DNA from: an uncultured Candidatus Saccharibacteria bacterium | GTDB taxonomy: Bacteria > Patescibacteriota > Saccharimonadia > Saccharimonadales > JACDBH01 | NCBI GenBank assembly: GCA_964642275.1 | Contig: CAZXOA010000005.1 | Span: forward strand, 2,410 to 66,409 | Length of the DNA stretch: 64,000 bases | Direction of reading: 5' to 3' | Shown here: positions 26,426 through 38,916 of the stretch, piece by piece | Numbering within the stretch: the stretch's first letter is position 1 | Layout: every line of letters begins with the position of its first letter | The notes under the pieces: model-generated | What the model was told of the DNA's origin: nothing | Databases searched by the model: none | The model's input: only the letters and a program-made list of their open reading frames with translations | Made by a program: the position numbers and the translations under genes

Positions 26426-27748
26426 ATGACCCAAGTCACAGCTTTCCGCCCCTTTCTCCCTGCCTTGCATCATGGTAACGTAGTGGTAATGGTTATCCAA
26501 AGACTCCGGCAGACGCTCAAAAAAGACGGTAGCGGCATCAGTCAAAAATCCCTTCGGCGTGCGCTCGAGTATATAGACGAGTACTGGCGCACACTCGAAC
26601 GCGAACATCACGATGATGACGGGACGCTGGTGGGTTTACCGTACCCTTACATCGTGCCAGCCAGTGACCCGAAGGCGGCCTTTCGGTTTGAGGAGCAGTA
26701 TTACTGGGACAGTTACTTTACCGCTCTTGGCCTGCACGGCAAAAAGCATCAGGCGCTGATAGAGGGCATGCTCGAAAACCTGATAGACCAGTTCAGCCGT
26801 TTTGGGCTGATACCCAACGCCAGCCGCATGTATTTTACCGGCCGGTCGCAGCCGCCGCTGCTGACCAGCTTTATTTTTCATGTCTACGAGCGGTATCAAA
26901 AGGACGATGCATGGCTGAAGCAAAAAATGCAGATAGCCCAGGCCGAGTACGAGCAGGTGTGGATGCACAAAAGCCACCCCAAGTGGCATAACGTACACAA
27001 AAACCTGAGCCGCTATTACGATATCAACGTCCTGCATGACCTTGCCGAAGCCGAAAGCGGCTGGGATATGACGCCACGTTTCGAGCGCAAATGCCTGGAC
27101 TTTTTGCCGGTTGATCTCAATGCGCTGCTGTACAAGTACGAAACGGATTTTGCCCACGCCGAGACGATTTTTGGCAACGAAAAAGCCGCCAACGAATGGA
27201 TGAAAAGGGCCGAGCGCCGCAAACGCACCATGAACGATCTCATGTGGGGCAGACTGCGCGGGTTTTATTTTGATTACAACTATCAGCGCGATGTACTTGG
27301 CGACATTTGGTCGCTGGCCGGTTTTTATACTATGTGGGCTGGCATGGCCAGCGAAGCGCAGGCGCGCCGCATGGTAGATAATCTCAGCAGATTTGAGAAG
27401 AAAGGCGGGCTGAGCACCACTATGCGTCCATTGATTGATACATCTGCGCTGTTCGGATCGCTCAAGGCCCAGTGGGCACACCCCAACGGCTGGGCGCCGC
27501 TGCATTATTTTGTGGTCGAGGGACTCAAAAAATACGGGTATCACGCCGAGGCGCGCCGTATCGCCACTGCGTGGGTCAAGACCAATCTTGACTGGTTCAA
27601 TCGCCACGGCGTTTTCTTGGAAAAGTACAATGTGGTAAATCCCAAAAAGAAGCCGGTAGAAGGCGTATATCCATCGCAAACCGGGTTTGGCTGGACAAAC
27701 GCAGTATTTGTAAAGTTCGTTGAAGATTTTAATCTGCTTGAAGAGTAA
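26426..27748 (+). CDS. treA: Trehalase (glycoside hydrolase family 37)
   Basis: GH37 signature-like segments FEEQYYWDSYF, GRSQPPLL and QWAHPNGWAPLH. The N-terminal start choice is uncertain. Confidence 0.85.
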   Translation: MTQVTAFRPFLPALHHGNVVVMVIQRLRQTLKKDGSGISQKSLRRALEYIDEYWRTLEREHHDDDGTLVGLPYPYIVPASDPKAAFRFEEQYYWDSYFTALGLHGKKHQALIEGMLENLIDQFSRFGLIPNASRMYFTGRSQPPLLTSFIFHVYERYQKDDAWLKQKMQIAQAEYEQVWMHKSHPKWHNVHKNLSRYYDINVLHDLAEAESGWDMTPRFERKCLDFLPVDLNALLYKYETDFAHAETIFGNEKAANEWMKRAERRKRTMNDLMWGRLRGFYFDYNYQRDVLGDIWSLAGFYTMWAGMASEAQARRMVDNLSRFEKKGGLSTTMRPLIDTSALFGSLKAQWAHPNGWAPLHYFVVEGLKKYGYHAEARRIATAWVKTNLDWFNRHGVFLEKYNVVNPKKKPVEGVYPSQTGFGWTNAVFVKFVEDFNLLEE

Positions 27749-27892
27749 CGGCTAGTCATCAGGGGTATTTACTGATACACTGCGGGGTATGAGCATGATG
27801 AGCTACACAGTCATGATAATGCCCTAGCGGGCACATATCTCTTTTTTTACGTGAGTTTTTAACATTTTTCTAAACAGGTACACTTATACACA

Positions 27893-29350
27893 ATGGCAAA
27901 CAGATTTTATGTGACGACTTCAATCCCGTATATTAATGGCGAGCCGCATCTTGGTCATGCTATGGAGTTTTTGGCGGCGGATGTGCTGGCCCGTTATGCA
28001 CGTGCCCAGGGTATGGAATCACTGTTCTGTACTGGTACTGACGAGCACGGCAGCAAGGTAGCTGAAACCGCTGAAAAACTTGGGATTACGCCAAAGGAGC
28101 TGGCCGACCGCAACTCGGACAAGTTCCGCGAACTTCTGACAGGGCTCAATATCAGCAACGACCGTTTTATCCGCACAACTGATAAGGGCCATGAGCAGCG
28201 GGCGCAAGTTATCTGGAAAAACCTCCAAAAAGACATCTACAAAGGCAAATACGTTGGCTGGTATGATGTGCGCCAGGAAGAATTTGTGCCGGAGGGGCAG
28301 GTTGATCCGGAGCGTACCGATCCCAACCACCCGAAGGCGTACCAGAAGGTAGAAGAAGAGAATTACTTTTTCAAACTCAGTACCTACACCGATAAAATCC
28401 GCGCAGCAATAGAGAGCAACGAGCTGAATATTATGCCGAGTTCGCGCCGCAACGAAATCTTATCGCTGCTGCGCGAGGGACTCGAGGATATTAGTATTTC
28501 GCGGCCAAAGGACAAGATCTCGTGGGGAATTCCGGTGCCGGGCGATCCTCACCAGGTTATGTATGTGTGGTTTGAGGCGCTCATGAACTACATCACGGTT
28601 CTCGGGTATCCGGAACACGAGGATTTCAAGCACTTCTGGCCGGCAAATTATCAGATTATCGGCAAAGACATCCTGCGCTTTCATGCGGCAATTTGGCCCG
28701 GCATTTTACTGAGTCTTGGCCTGCCGCTGCAAAAAAACCTCTACGTGCACGGTTTTGTAAACATAGGCGGCGCCAAAATGAGCAAGAGCGACGGCAACGT
28801 CGTGGCTCCAGCGGAGATTATGAGCAGGTACGGTGTTGATGCCTTCCGCTACTATTTCCTGCGTAAGATTCCAAGCTATAATGACGGAGATTTCTCCTGG
28901 GAACTATTCGACAAAGCCTATCATACTGAACTTGCCAACGAGCTGGGCAATGCCGTACAGCGCACGATAGTAATGATTGAAAAGTATCAAAGCGGCCTGA
29001 TCGGCGACATGCCGCCAGCGTCGCACGACGCAGCTCCGTATCACGAAGCTATCAAGCTGTGCCGGTTCGACAAGGCAATGGATGAAGTGTGGGACCAGGT
29101 ACGGGGTCTCAATCAATACATCGAGGAGCAAAAGCCGTGGCAGATTGCAAAAGGCGACGACAAGGAGCACCTTGGCCACGTCCTTGCCTATATGGCCGGC
29201 AGCCTGCTCGAGATTGCAGATCTGCTGGCGCCGTTTTTGCCTGATACTGCCCAGGCTATCAAGAATATTTTTGGTGACGGGGTGCTTCGCAAGCCGGCAA
29301 CAGTTCTGTTTCCGCGCGTAGAGAACGAACTCGCGGCTGCGGCTGCATAA
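27893..29350 (+). CDS. metG: Methionyl-tRNA synthetase (short form)
   Basis: YVTTSIPYINGEPHLGHAMEF (HIGH-type motif) and GAKMSKSDGN (KMSKS motif). Confidence 0.95.
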   Translation: MANRFYVTTSIPYINGEPHLGHAMEFLAADVLARYARAQGMESLFCTGTDEHGSKVAETAEKLGITPKELADRNSDKFRELLTGLNISNDRFIRTTDKGHEQRAQVIWKNLQKDIYKGKYVGWYDVRQEEFVPEGQVDPERTDPNHPKAYQKVEEENYFFKLSTYTDKIRAAIESNELNIMPSSRRNEILSLLREGLEDISISRPKDKISWGIPVPGDPHQVMYVWFEALMNYITVLGYPEHEDFKHFWPANYQIIGKDILRFHAAIWPGILLSLGLPLQKNLYVHGFVNIGGAKMSKSDGNVVAPAEIMSRYGVDAFRYYFLRKIPSYNDGDFSWELFDKAYHTELANELGNAVQRTIVMIEKYQSGLIGDMPPASHDAAPYHEAIKLCRFDKAMDEVWDQVRGLNQYIEEQKPWQIAKGDDKEHLGHVLAYMAGSLLEIADLLAPFLPDTAQAIKNIFGDGVLRKPATVLFPRVENELAAAAA

Positions 29351-29655
29351 GAAATTCTCTCAGCGGCTTTGCAGCTTGTTGCAATGAGCCAAATCCTGTC
29401 GCCAGCTTGACAAGCCGCGGATCTGCCCACGGATTCTGCTGACCTACCTCCTGACCTGTTGCAATGTCTATAACAGGAGCGATTTTTGCCTCATTGTCAG
29501 AGGAAAAAGAGAGATCATGTGCGGGAGCAAATTCTGACATATGTGTTTAATTATACTCTGAAATGATAGTACATCAGAAAGGAGCTGCAGGTGTGACATT
29601 TATCACACCTGACCCGCACACCTCATCGGCCAGCCGTCCGCCGATGGTTTCGGCG

Positions 29656-29742
29656 CCCTGCACGATTTTTCCCAAGCAAATGCTCCTTCACCGTATTGCC
29701 CATACGCCCTAGTCCGTTTTGCAGTGAAGAAATCGCATAGGG
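29656..29742. repeat. Palindromic intergenic repeat, family 1, copy B
   Basis: CACGATTTTTCCCAAGCAAATGCTCCTTCACCGTATTGCCCATACG...GTGAAGAAATCGCA. Core at 29692-29706. Homologous to copy A. Confidence 0.6.
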
Positions 29743-29790
29743 CATCCAAATGTGCGAGTCAGGCCCGGGATAACACGGTACAATGGAGCC

Positions 29791-30570
29791 ATGAGCGGTG
29801 GAATACAGTTTCTTGATACGCATTGTCATATTCAGTTTGCCGACTATCCGCTTGATCCGGATGAGGTTGTGGTTGATGCGGCCAAAGACGGCGTAACAGG
29901 GATGATTATGGTAGGCTGCACCCTGCCGGACAGCCAGGCGGCGCCCGAATTTGCTGCCCGGTATGAGGGTGTATGGGCGAGTATTGGCCTGCATCCGCAC
30001 GAAGGCGCGCGCTACGTGCACGATCATAAGGCGTTGCAGCAGTTCCGGGACTTGGCTGTGAAGCCCAAGGTTGTGGCTATTGGCGAGACGGGGCTTGATT
30101 ATTACTACGAAAATTCGCCAAAAGATACCCAGAAAAAACTGCTCCGCTTTCAACTAGAGCTTGCGCAGGAACATGATTTGCCGCTTATTTTCCATATTCG
30201 GGATGCGTTTGATGATTTTTGGCCCATCTTCGACGAATATAAGGGGCTGCAGGGGGTGGTACACAGCTTTACGTCAGATATGCGTGATCTGGAGCAAATC
30301 TTGTCCCGTGGTCTCTACGTGGGTCTGAACGGTATTATGACGTTTACAAAACGTTCTCCTCAGCTGGAAGCTGCCAAGGCCGTGCCATTGCAAAAATTAC
30401 TACTGGAAACAGATGCGCCTTTCTTGACTCCAGTACCTTTTCGTGGTAAAATCTGTGAGCCAAAGCATGTGAGGACGGTTGGGGAGTTTTTGGCTGAACT
30501 TCGAGGCGAAAAACTCGAAGATTTGGCCAGCGCCACCACGTCCAATGCAAGGAAACTATTTAGATTATGA
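29791..30570 (+). CDS. tatD: TatD-family metal-dependent hydrolase/DNase
   Basis: MSGGIQFLDTHCH..., GLHPHE, IGETGLDYYY, IFHIRDA, HSF and ETDAPFL motifs. The ATG at 29791 follows a GGAG RBS. Confidence 0.85.
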   Translation: MSGGIQFLDTHCHIQFADYPLDPDEVVVDAAKDGVTGMIMVGCTLPDSQAAPEFAARYEGVWASIGLHPHEGARYVHDHKALQQFRDLAVKPKVVAIGETGLDYYYENSPKDTQKKLLRFQLELAQEHDLPLIFHIRDAFDDFWPIFDEYKGLQGVVHSFTSDMRDLEQILSRGLYVGLNGIMTFTKRSPQLEAAKAVPLQKLLLETDAPFLTPVPFRGKICEPKHVRTVGEFLAELRGEKLEDLASATTSNARKLFRL

Positions 30571-30872
30571 ACTACCAAGAACCAAATCACGACCGAAGAG
30601 AATCTCCTACGCATCAGCGGCTAGAGGCAGCCTCTGGTCGTGATGCTCTTGTTGAGCGGGCGATGAGGTTTGTACTCTCGGTTATCCCTGAGAATACTCC
30701 TGTGACTTCTAACACCATTCCTTTCTCGACCCAACCGGAGGTGCGGGTTGACGGTAGAACAGCAGCAAGCACAGGCGCCCTTATCATGAATCGTCCCCCA
30801 GAGGCTGTCAGCCCGGCCGCAAACCAAGAGGATATGGCCGCAGAAGCGAGGAGGGCCATAGATGCTATTTAA
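30567..30872 (+). CDS. Hypothetical protein
   Basis: 101-aa ORF overlapping the tatD stop by 4 nt. No family recognised. Confidence 0.4.
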   Translation: MNYQEPNHDRRESPTHQRLEAASGRDALVERAMRFVLSVIPENTPVTSNTIPFSTQPEVRVDGRTAASTGALIMNRPPEAVSPAANQEDMAAEARRAIDAI

Positions 30873-31236
30873 GAAAGCTGTCGACGCAAAGGCCGCGCAA
30901 AGACGCGAGGCCCGAGAAGCAGAATTATACCGGGCGCTTATCCGGCGTGAAGCAAAAATTGGCGGCGAACTGTTCGGCCCAATTCCCGAGGGTGTACGGC
31001 GCGAGTTCTTCTGCCTGGATGAACATACCTGGATTTGGCATGAGGAGTGGGTGGATGCAGATAATAGGCGACAGATTCGTACTACTCGTTACGACGTACG
31101 TCCCGACGGCGTCTTGAAAGCTCAGGGTAACTCGGGTTACCAGCAGATCAGCGCTGGCGAAGCACAGCGGCTCAGGGAGGCAGTTGTCGTATACCAAAAA
31201 CGGGTTCGCAGCGAGCTCTACGCAGCCTATCTTTAA
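30862..31236 (+). CDS. Hypothetical protein
   Basis: 124-aa ORF with normal composition. No family recognised. Confidence 0.5.
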   Translation: MLFKKAVDAKAAQRREAREAELYRALIRREAKIGGELFGPIPEGVRREFFCLDEHTWIWHEEWVDADNRRQIRTTRYDVRPDGVLKAQGNSGYQQISAGEAQRLREAVVVYQKRVRSELYAAYL

Positions 31237-31257
31237 ATCTCCGTTACAATAAAACGT

Positions 31258-32406
31258 ATGAGCAGTCTGTATTTTGATTATGCCGCGGCGACACCGATGA
31301 GCGGATCGGTACTGGCGGCTATGCAGCCGTATTTTGCAGAGCAGTTTTATAATCCGTCAGCACTCTACATGGCTGCACAGGCGGTCCAACAGGATATTGT
31401 GCGGGCGCGCACAGTAGTTGCCAAGGTCTTGGAATGCAAGCAGTCAGAAATTATCTTTACTGCCGGCGGAACCGAATCGGATAATCTCGCTATACGGGGC
31501 GTTATGGAAGCATTTCCAGACGCAAACTGCGTGGTCAGTGCTGTTGAGCATGATGCAGTGCTGAAGCCAGCTGGGCAGTATGACCGTAGGGTCGCGCCCG
31601 TTATGCCTGACGGACGGATAGACGCCGGCGCCCTCGAAAAACTTATCGATGATAAAACCGTGCTGGTCAGCGTAATGTACGCCAACAACGAAATCGGCAC
31701 GGTACAGCCCCTCCGCGAAATTGCCCAGATAGTGCAAAAAAAGCGGGCGCAGCGAACCTCCTTACCTTCCATTTCCCCTGCTTTACCCTTGTACTTTCAC
31801 ACCGATGCGTGCCAGGCGGCCAATTATTTACCGCTCAAAGTACATAGCTTGGGGGTTGATTTGATGACACTGGGTGGGGGCAAAATCTACGGTCCAAAAC
31901 AGTCCGGCGTATTATTCGTAAAAACTGGTACGCGACTGTCTCCTCAGATACTGGGCGGCGGCCAAGAGAGGGGTTTACGCAGCGGCACAGAGAATGTATC
32001 GGGAATTATCGGTTTTGCGACGGCACTGGCAGAGGCTCAGGGCATGCTCGGTACCGAAGCTACCCGGCTGGGGGAACTGCAGGACCTATGCAGGCAGCTG
32101 CTGGCGCAAAAGCTGCCAACGGCCGTATTGAACGGTTCTGTAAAATACCGGCTGCCTAATAATATCCACATCACTATTCCCGGCGCTGATAATGAGCGGC
32201 TTCTCATGGAGCTTGACGAAAAAGGTATCCAGGTTGCCACGGGTTCAGCCTGCAGCGCTAGCTCTGGCGAACCGTCGCACGTCCTGGCAGTGCTGGGCCT
32301 ATCCGATGCAGACGCACGCAGCTCGCTTCGTATCAGTTTTGGCCGCCAGACGGCCAGTGCGGATATCCATGCACTTGTGGATACCCTGGTTTCATTGGTT
32401 GCATAG
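31258..32406 (+). CDS. Cysteine desulfurase (class V aminotransferase, NifS/IscS-like)
   Basis: FTAGGTESDNLAI, HTDACQA, GGKIYGPKQSG (PLP-lysine region) and SGSACSA (active-site Cys loop). Confidence 0.85.
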   Translation: MSSLYFDYAAATPMSGSVLAAMQPYFAEQFYNPSALYMAAQAVQQDIVRARTVVAKVLECKQSEIIFTAGGTESDNLAIRGVMEAFPDANCVVSAVEHDAVLKPAGQYDRRVAPVMPDGRIDAGALEKLIDDKTVLVSVMYANNEIGTVQPLREIAQIVQKKRAQRTSLPSISPALPLYFHTDACQAANYLPLKVHSLGVDLMTLGGGKIYGPKQSGVLFVKTGTRLSPQILGGGQERGLRSGTENVSGIIGFATALAEAQGMLGTEATRLGELQDLCRQLLAQKLPTAVLNGSVKYRLPNNIHITIPGADNERLLMELDEKGIQVATGSACSASSGEPSHVLAVLGLSDADARSSLRISFGRQTASADIHALVDTLVSLVA

Positions 32407-32438
32407 GAGGCGGACAAGGGGTATGCTGTAGCATAAGC

Positions 32439-33284
32439 ATGTTCGCCGCAAAAATAAAACCACTAGTAACATTTAGACGCTGTATCTCGATTCTAGCCTT
32501 GACGGGTTTGATTGTCATGAATATGACTGGCTTTATGATGGCTCAGAGTGTCACGCAGGGTTATGGCTCTGATGAGGTGCTGCAGCGCGGTATGATTGTC
32601 GGCCTGAGCGAAGACGATCCTAATAAGGTTGAACTTATCAATGTTGATCAGCTCGACAGAATTCTAGGAGTTGTTGTAGATGCAAATGACTCGCCCATCA
32701 CTATTTCTGGCGAGCAAGAGAAGGTCTTTGTTGCCACCGTAGGGCGCTACAACGTGCTGGTCAGCGACCAAAATGGAGCGATCAATCCGAATGATTACGT
32801 CACCGTGTCATCTGTGAATGGTATCGGTATGCTGGCAACATACGAAGAGAGCGAGATTATCGGGCGGGCTATCGAGGGTTTCAACGGCAAGGACAACATC
32901 ATCAGCACTGCGGAGCTTGTCGATACGGACGGCAATAGGCGGCCGGTGAATATCAGCCGTATTCTGGTTGATGTGGGTATCAGCAAAAACCCTATCGCCA
33001 AAAGCGCAGCTGTGACGCCTCAATGGCTTGGTAAGATCGGCCAGGCAATTGCTGGCAAGAGTTTGAGTCCGGCCCGAATATACCTGAGTGCCGGGCTGTT
33101 CTTGGTCGGGGCTTTTATTGCTGGTGCAATCCTGTACGCGGGTATCCGCAGCAGTATCATTGCCATCGGCCGTAACCCGCTCAGCAAGAAAAGCATATTG
33201 CGGGGCTTGCTCCAGGTGATATTTACGAGCTTAATAGTTTTCATTATTAGCGTCGGTGGGGTATATTTATTACTAAAGGTATAA
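32439..33284 (+). CDS. Secreted-domain protein with a C-terminal two-helix hairpin resembling an ATP synthase c subunit
   Basis: 281 aa. It has an N-terminal signal/anchor and a beta-rich middle. The C-terminus LFLVGAFIAGAILYAGIRSSIIAIGRNPLSKKSILRGLLQVIFTSLIVFIISVGGVYLLL has the helix - R.NP loop - helix layout of c subunits, but no Asp/Glu in helix 2. Confidence 0.6.
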   Translation: MFAAKIKPLVTFRRCISILALTGLIVMNMTGFMMAQSVTQGYGSDEVLQRGMIVGLSEDDPNKVELINVDQLDRILGVVVDANDSPITISGEQEKVFVATVGRYNVLVSDQNGAINPNDYVTVSSVNGIGMLATYEESEIIGRAIEGFNGKDNIISTAELVDTDGNRRPVNISRILVDVGISKNPIAKSAAVTPQWLGKIGQAIAGKSLSPARIYLSAGLFLVGAFIAGAILYAGIRSSIIAIGRNPLSKKSILRGLLQVIFTSLIVFIISVGGVYLLLKV

Positions 33285-33296
33285 GCATTTTGACGA

Positions 33297-33956
33297 TTGG
33301 GGTGGTGGAAGAGAATGAATACATGGGGGTTGGGACTGGTTATAGGGGCGCTGAGTATGACTGCATTCGCATTCATATGGGTAGCAGTGCGGCTTGGGGC
33401 GCATCCTCCTAGCGGGGGTGTAAAGAAGGCGGCAGCCAAAAACGGCCAGCAGGAGATAGGCCAGGCAGTCGAAGAAGACGTCGAAAGTATTTTTAATGAT
33501 GAATTCCGCGAGGAGCTCCGCAACCGCGGACGGCTTCACTTCGAGAAGATTATCGGCGAAAATGCCATGTTCCTCCAACAGGATCTACGCCTCACGACTT
33601 CACAGATCAACGAATACATGAAGCAGGAGATCACCAAGACGCTTCAAGAAGAGTTTATAAAATACGAACAATCTATCGAGGACGCCAAGAAGCTCGCAAT
33701 CGAATCTATGCAGAAGACGCAGATAGCACTGGAAGAAGAGCGGCAGATTCTACGCGAAAAACTCGAAACAGAAGTCAATGCCCAGCGCGAGCGCCTTATC
33801 AAGCGGTTTGAAGAGAACATGGCCGAGATTGTGAACCATTACGTACTGGATGCTATCGGTAACGAGATTGATTTGAGTGACCAGCTCGAATACATTTTGG
33901 GTGAACTGCAGACAAACAAGGACATAATATTGGAGGACATCAGGAGTGGGGCCTAA
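33297..33956 (+). CDS. ATP synthase b-subunit-like protein (one TM helix plus long coiled coil)
   Basis: TM helix WGLGLVIGALSMTAFAFIWVAV followed by a long charged helical region. Its position is immediately upstream of the delta-like gene and alpha. Confidence 0.55.
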   Translation: MGWWKRMNTWGLGLVIGALSMTAFAFIWVAVRLGAHPPSGGVKKAAAKNGQQEIGQAVEEDVESIFNDEFREELRNRGRLHFEKIIGENAMFLQQDLRLTTSQINEYMKQEITKTLQEEFIKYEQSIEDAKKLAIESMQKTQIALEEERQILREKLETEVNAQRERLIKRFEENMAEIVNHYVLDAIGNEIDLSDQLEYILGELQTNKDIILEDIRSGA

Positions 33957-34629
33957 ACAGACCGCTTCTGATGCAGCACAGAACCCTCAGCATGCTGCGG
34001 GCGTTCATGCGCAGCGCCCTGTTCCGGCGCCGCAGCCAGCAGCTCCGGTTGCAGCCACCGGGGTTCAGCCTGCACCATCGCAATCGCCGCAGCAGGGATT
34101 ATATCTGCCGCCGCAGGTTGTCTCCAGGAGCGATGTATCACGTTGTCTGCGCGAGCTTCAGGCGCTTGAGGAGTACCTGCACCAAGCTGCCATTCGGGGT
34201 AGCAAGGTAGAGCAGCTTCCCAGAGTGAGTATGGTGCTCGAGGCGTTGGCACGCGCAAACGGCATAAATCTCCTGCATGCCGAGGGTAGGGATCGGCTCA
34301 AGCCGTTTCTTGCACAGGTCAAGTCAAAGGGTCCGGTTGTTCACATGTCATTTCCTTCGACCGCCAGCAGCCAGTTTACTGCTCGGTTGCTCGATTGGTT
34401 CCGCAAAGAAACGCATCCTCATGTCATGCTCCATATCGGCTTGCAGCCCGAGCTTGCGGCTGGTTTTACCGTGCGTACAACAAACAAGGCTTTTGATTTT
34501 AGTTTCCGCAAGCGGTTTGAGCAGAGCAAGCAAAAACTCATCGGCGTACTCGAAGATATGGACAAGCTGCCCGAAAAGGTAGTTGTCGCCGGCTCGACCG
34601 ACACTGTTGCACCGGAGAATCAGCTATGA
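33946..34629 (+). CDS. ATP synthase delta (OSCP)-like subunit with a Pro/Ala/Gln-rich N-terminal extension
   Basis: The C-terminal HIGLQPELAAGFTVRTTNKAFDFSFRKRFEQ resembles the conserved delta C-terminus (..liGG..v..g...iD.S....L). It overlaps atpA by 4 nt. Confidence 0.55.
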   Translation: MGPKQTASDAAQNPQHAAGVHAQRPVPAPQPAAPVAATGVQPAPSQSPQQGLYLPPQVVSRSDVSRCLRELQALEEYLHQAAIRGSKVEQLPRVSMVLEALARANGINLLHAEGRDRLKPFLAQVKSKGPVVHMSFPSTASSQFTARLLDWFRKETHPHVMLHIGLQPELAAGFTVRTTNKAFDFSFRKRFEQSKQKLIGVLEDMDKLPEKVVVAGSTDTVAPENQL

Positions 34630-36256
34630 GTCCAAGCAAAGAAGGAAACTCGCTGCACTTTAAAAAACTCGTCGATACAGGGAAGCCCGTTGGCGAAGTG
34701 GTCGGGGTGAATCAGTTCATCATTATGGTGAAAGGCCTGAATCCGGCCAATGCTCATGCATTGGTTATGTTTGAAGACGGGTCAAAGGGTTTTATCAACC
34801 ACGTACTGGAAGACCATGTATTGATTCTGCATCTTGGGACCGAAAAACTCCGCGTCGGTATGGTTGCCGTCTTGCAGCACGATAGGCTCGTGACAAAAGT
34901 CGGTAAGGATTTTGTCGGGCGTGTCGTCAACGTCATGGGCGAGCCAATTGACGGCAAAGGGCCGATTGCGCCTGATGCGACCTGGCCGGTGTTCAACCCT
35001 GCTCCGCCCATATTCGAACGTGAACTTCTGGATCTTCAGCTGGAAACAGGTGTCACCTCAGTTGACGGCCTGTTTCCGATTGTCCGCGGGCAACGCTTGG
35101 CGATACTGGGCGATAACAAAACCGGCAAAACAGCTCTTACGACGCAGATCACTATCAACCAAAAAAACACGGACATCATTACCGTATATGTCCTGATAGG
35201 CAAGCGCCGCAGCGATATCGATGAACTGCTGACGCGGCTCAATGAGACCGACTCTCTCAAGAATACAATCGTGATTGTCTCGACCCTGTTCGAGTCGCTC
35301 ATTATGACCTATCTTGCACCCTACATCGGTTGTGCTATGGCCGAATATCTCTGGCAAGCCTGCGACCAAGAGGCCATGATTGTGTACGACGATCTGACGT
35401 CGCACGCCCAGGCTTACCGCGAAGTCGCTCTATTATCTAATGTCAGCCCCGGCCGCGATTCTTATCCGGGCGACATGTTCTTTGCACACAGCAGTCTTCT
35501 CGAGCGGGCCGGCAAACTGAAGCGTAATGGCAAGACGCTCACCAGTTTACCGATTGTGCTGACGCCGAATAACGACATCACTGCCTATCTGCCAACAAAC
35601 ATTATGTCGATTACTGACGGGCAGTGGATTATGGATCTGCAGGTGTTCTTATCAGGCAACCGGCCGGCGTTGTCTACTGGATTATCGGTGACGCGTGTTG
35701 GTGGCGTGGGACAAAACAAGCGCCAAAAGGGCCACACCGTTGCCGCTATGAAAGCACTGGCAACCTATCGCCAGGCCGAAGAATATGCTCACTTTGGCTC
35801 TGAGCTTGCCCTGAGTGCGCACAAGGATTTGGCGCGCGGCAAAAGCATACTCGAGCTGTTCAGCCAGCCGCCGACAGTCACGTATAACTTTGTCGAGCAG
35901 CAGCTCATGTTTGACATCGTCCTTAATATGGATGACACGGCCATGCTTGATGTCAAAAAGATGAAAGAACACGTACGCGAACTTGCCAAGCAAGTGACAG
36001 ACGACAACGATGAGACGTTCACACGGCTACGCGACCAGCTGCAGCAGATGAGCATGCTCGACAGTTCGGCTATAGCTCCAAAGATGCCCGAAGGTCCAGC
36101 CGAACTCTCCAAAGAGGCGGCGGGAGCCACAACCGTTTCTGAAGCGCCGGCGGACGAAGGCGAGGGAGCAAAGCCCATAACTGTTGCGAGCGACGGTACC
36201 GTTACCGAAGTAAAGCCCGATCAAGATGCTAAAGAAAAAGTAGAGGACAACACATA

Positions 36257-36257
<1 letters not shown>
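34626..36257 (+). CDS. atpA: F1 ATP synthase alpha subunit
   Basis: P-loop ILGDNKTGKTALT, then DDLTSHAQAYREVALL... and PGRDSYPGDMFFAHSSLLERA. Confidence 0.95.
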
Positions 36258-38490
<2,233 letters not shown>

Positions 38491-38495
38491 TGCAC

Positions 38496-38550
38496 AGTAC
38501 CAAGTGCCAAGTACCAAGTGCCAAGAATTGCATCCTGCATCCTGCATCCC
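38496..38550. repeat. Short tandem repeats in the atpD-atpC spacer
   Basis: AGTACCAAGTGCCA occurs twice (38496-38523), followed by TGCATCC three times (about 38530-38550). Confidence 0.6.
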
Positions 38551-38580
38551 GTGCCTCCATAAAAGTCTCCGGAGGTTTCC

Positions 38581-38916
38581 ATGGCCGTTAGGCAGGACGC
38601 CTCGACCGGCAAGCTGGTTGATGACGGCAAGAAAGCCGAAAAGCCCAAAGAACTGGTCGATGACACAGGCAAGCCGCTGATGCTGGTCAAGGTTTACAGT
38701 CCGTTTCAGAGCTATTTTGATGAGCCGGCGTACAGTATCAGTGCCGAGAACCACACCGGCCCGTTTGATATTTTGCCCCGCCACCACAACTTTATGACGC
38801 TTGTAAGTGCTTGCGAGATGAAAATTAAAGCGCCCACAGGCGACAAAACGATACGTATCAACCGGGCGGTCATGCACGTCAAGGCTGATGAGATAGTTGT
38901 CTTCCTTGATGTGTAA
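38581..38916 (+). CDS. atpC: F1 ATP synthase epsilon subunit
   Basis: 111 aa, last gene of the block with a GGAGG RBS. LMLVKVYSPFQSYFDEPAYSISAENHTGPFDILPRHHNFMTL matches the epsilon beta-sandwich pattern (..G.fGILP.H.p..t.L). Confidence 0.75.
   Translation: MAVRQDASTGKLVDDGKKAEKPKELVDDTGKPLMLVKVYSPFQSYFDEPAYSISAENHTGPFDILPRHHNFMTLVSACEMKIKAPTGDKTIRINRAVMHVKADEIVVFLDV

Noticed and set aside
26636-27679. A 347-aa minus-strand ORF
   Set aside because: It is entirely antisense to the trehalase gene, which has clear GH37 motifs. The composition is Arg/Leu/Val-rich shadow-ORF-like.
29623-30153. A 176-aa minus-strand ORF, and the 93-aa ORF 29259..29540
   Set aside because: The first covers repeat copy B and is antisense to tatD. 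The second overlaps the metG 3' end by ~90 nt, and only its first ~60 codons lie in intergenic sequence. Neither has a recognisable family.
38496-38550. Possible CRISPR-like repeats
   Set aside because: The units are 14 nt and 7 nt, directly tandem with no spacers, and no cas genes are nearby.
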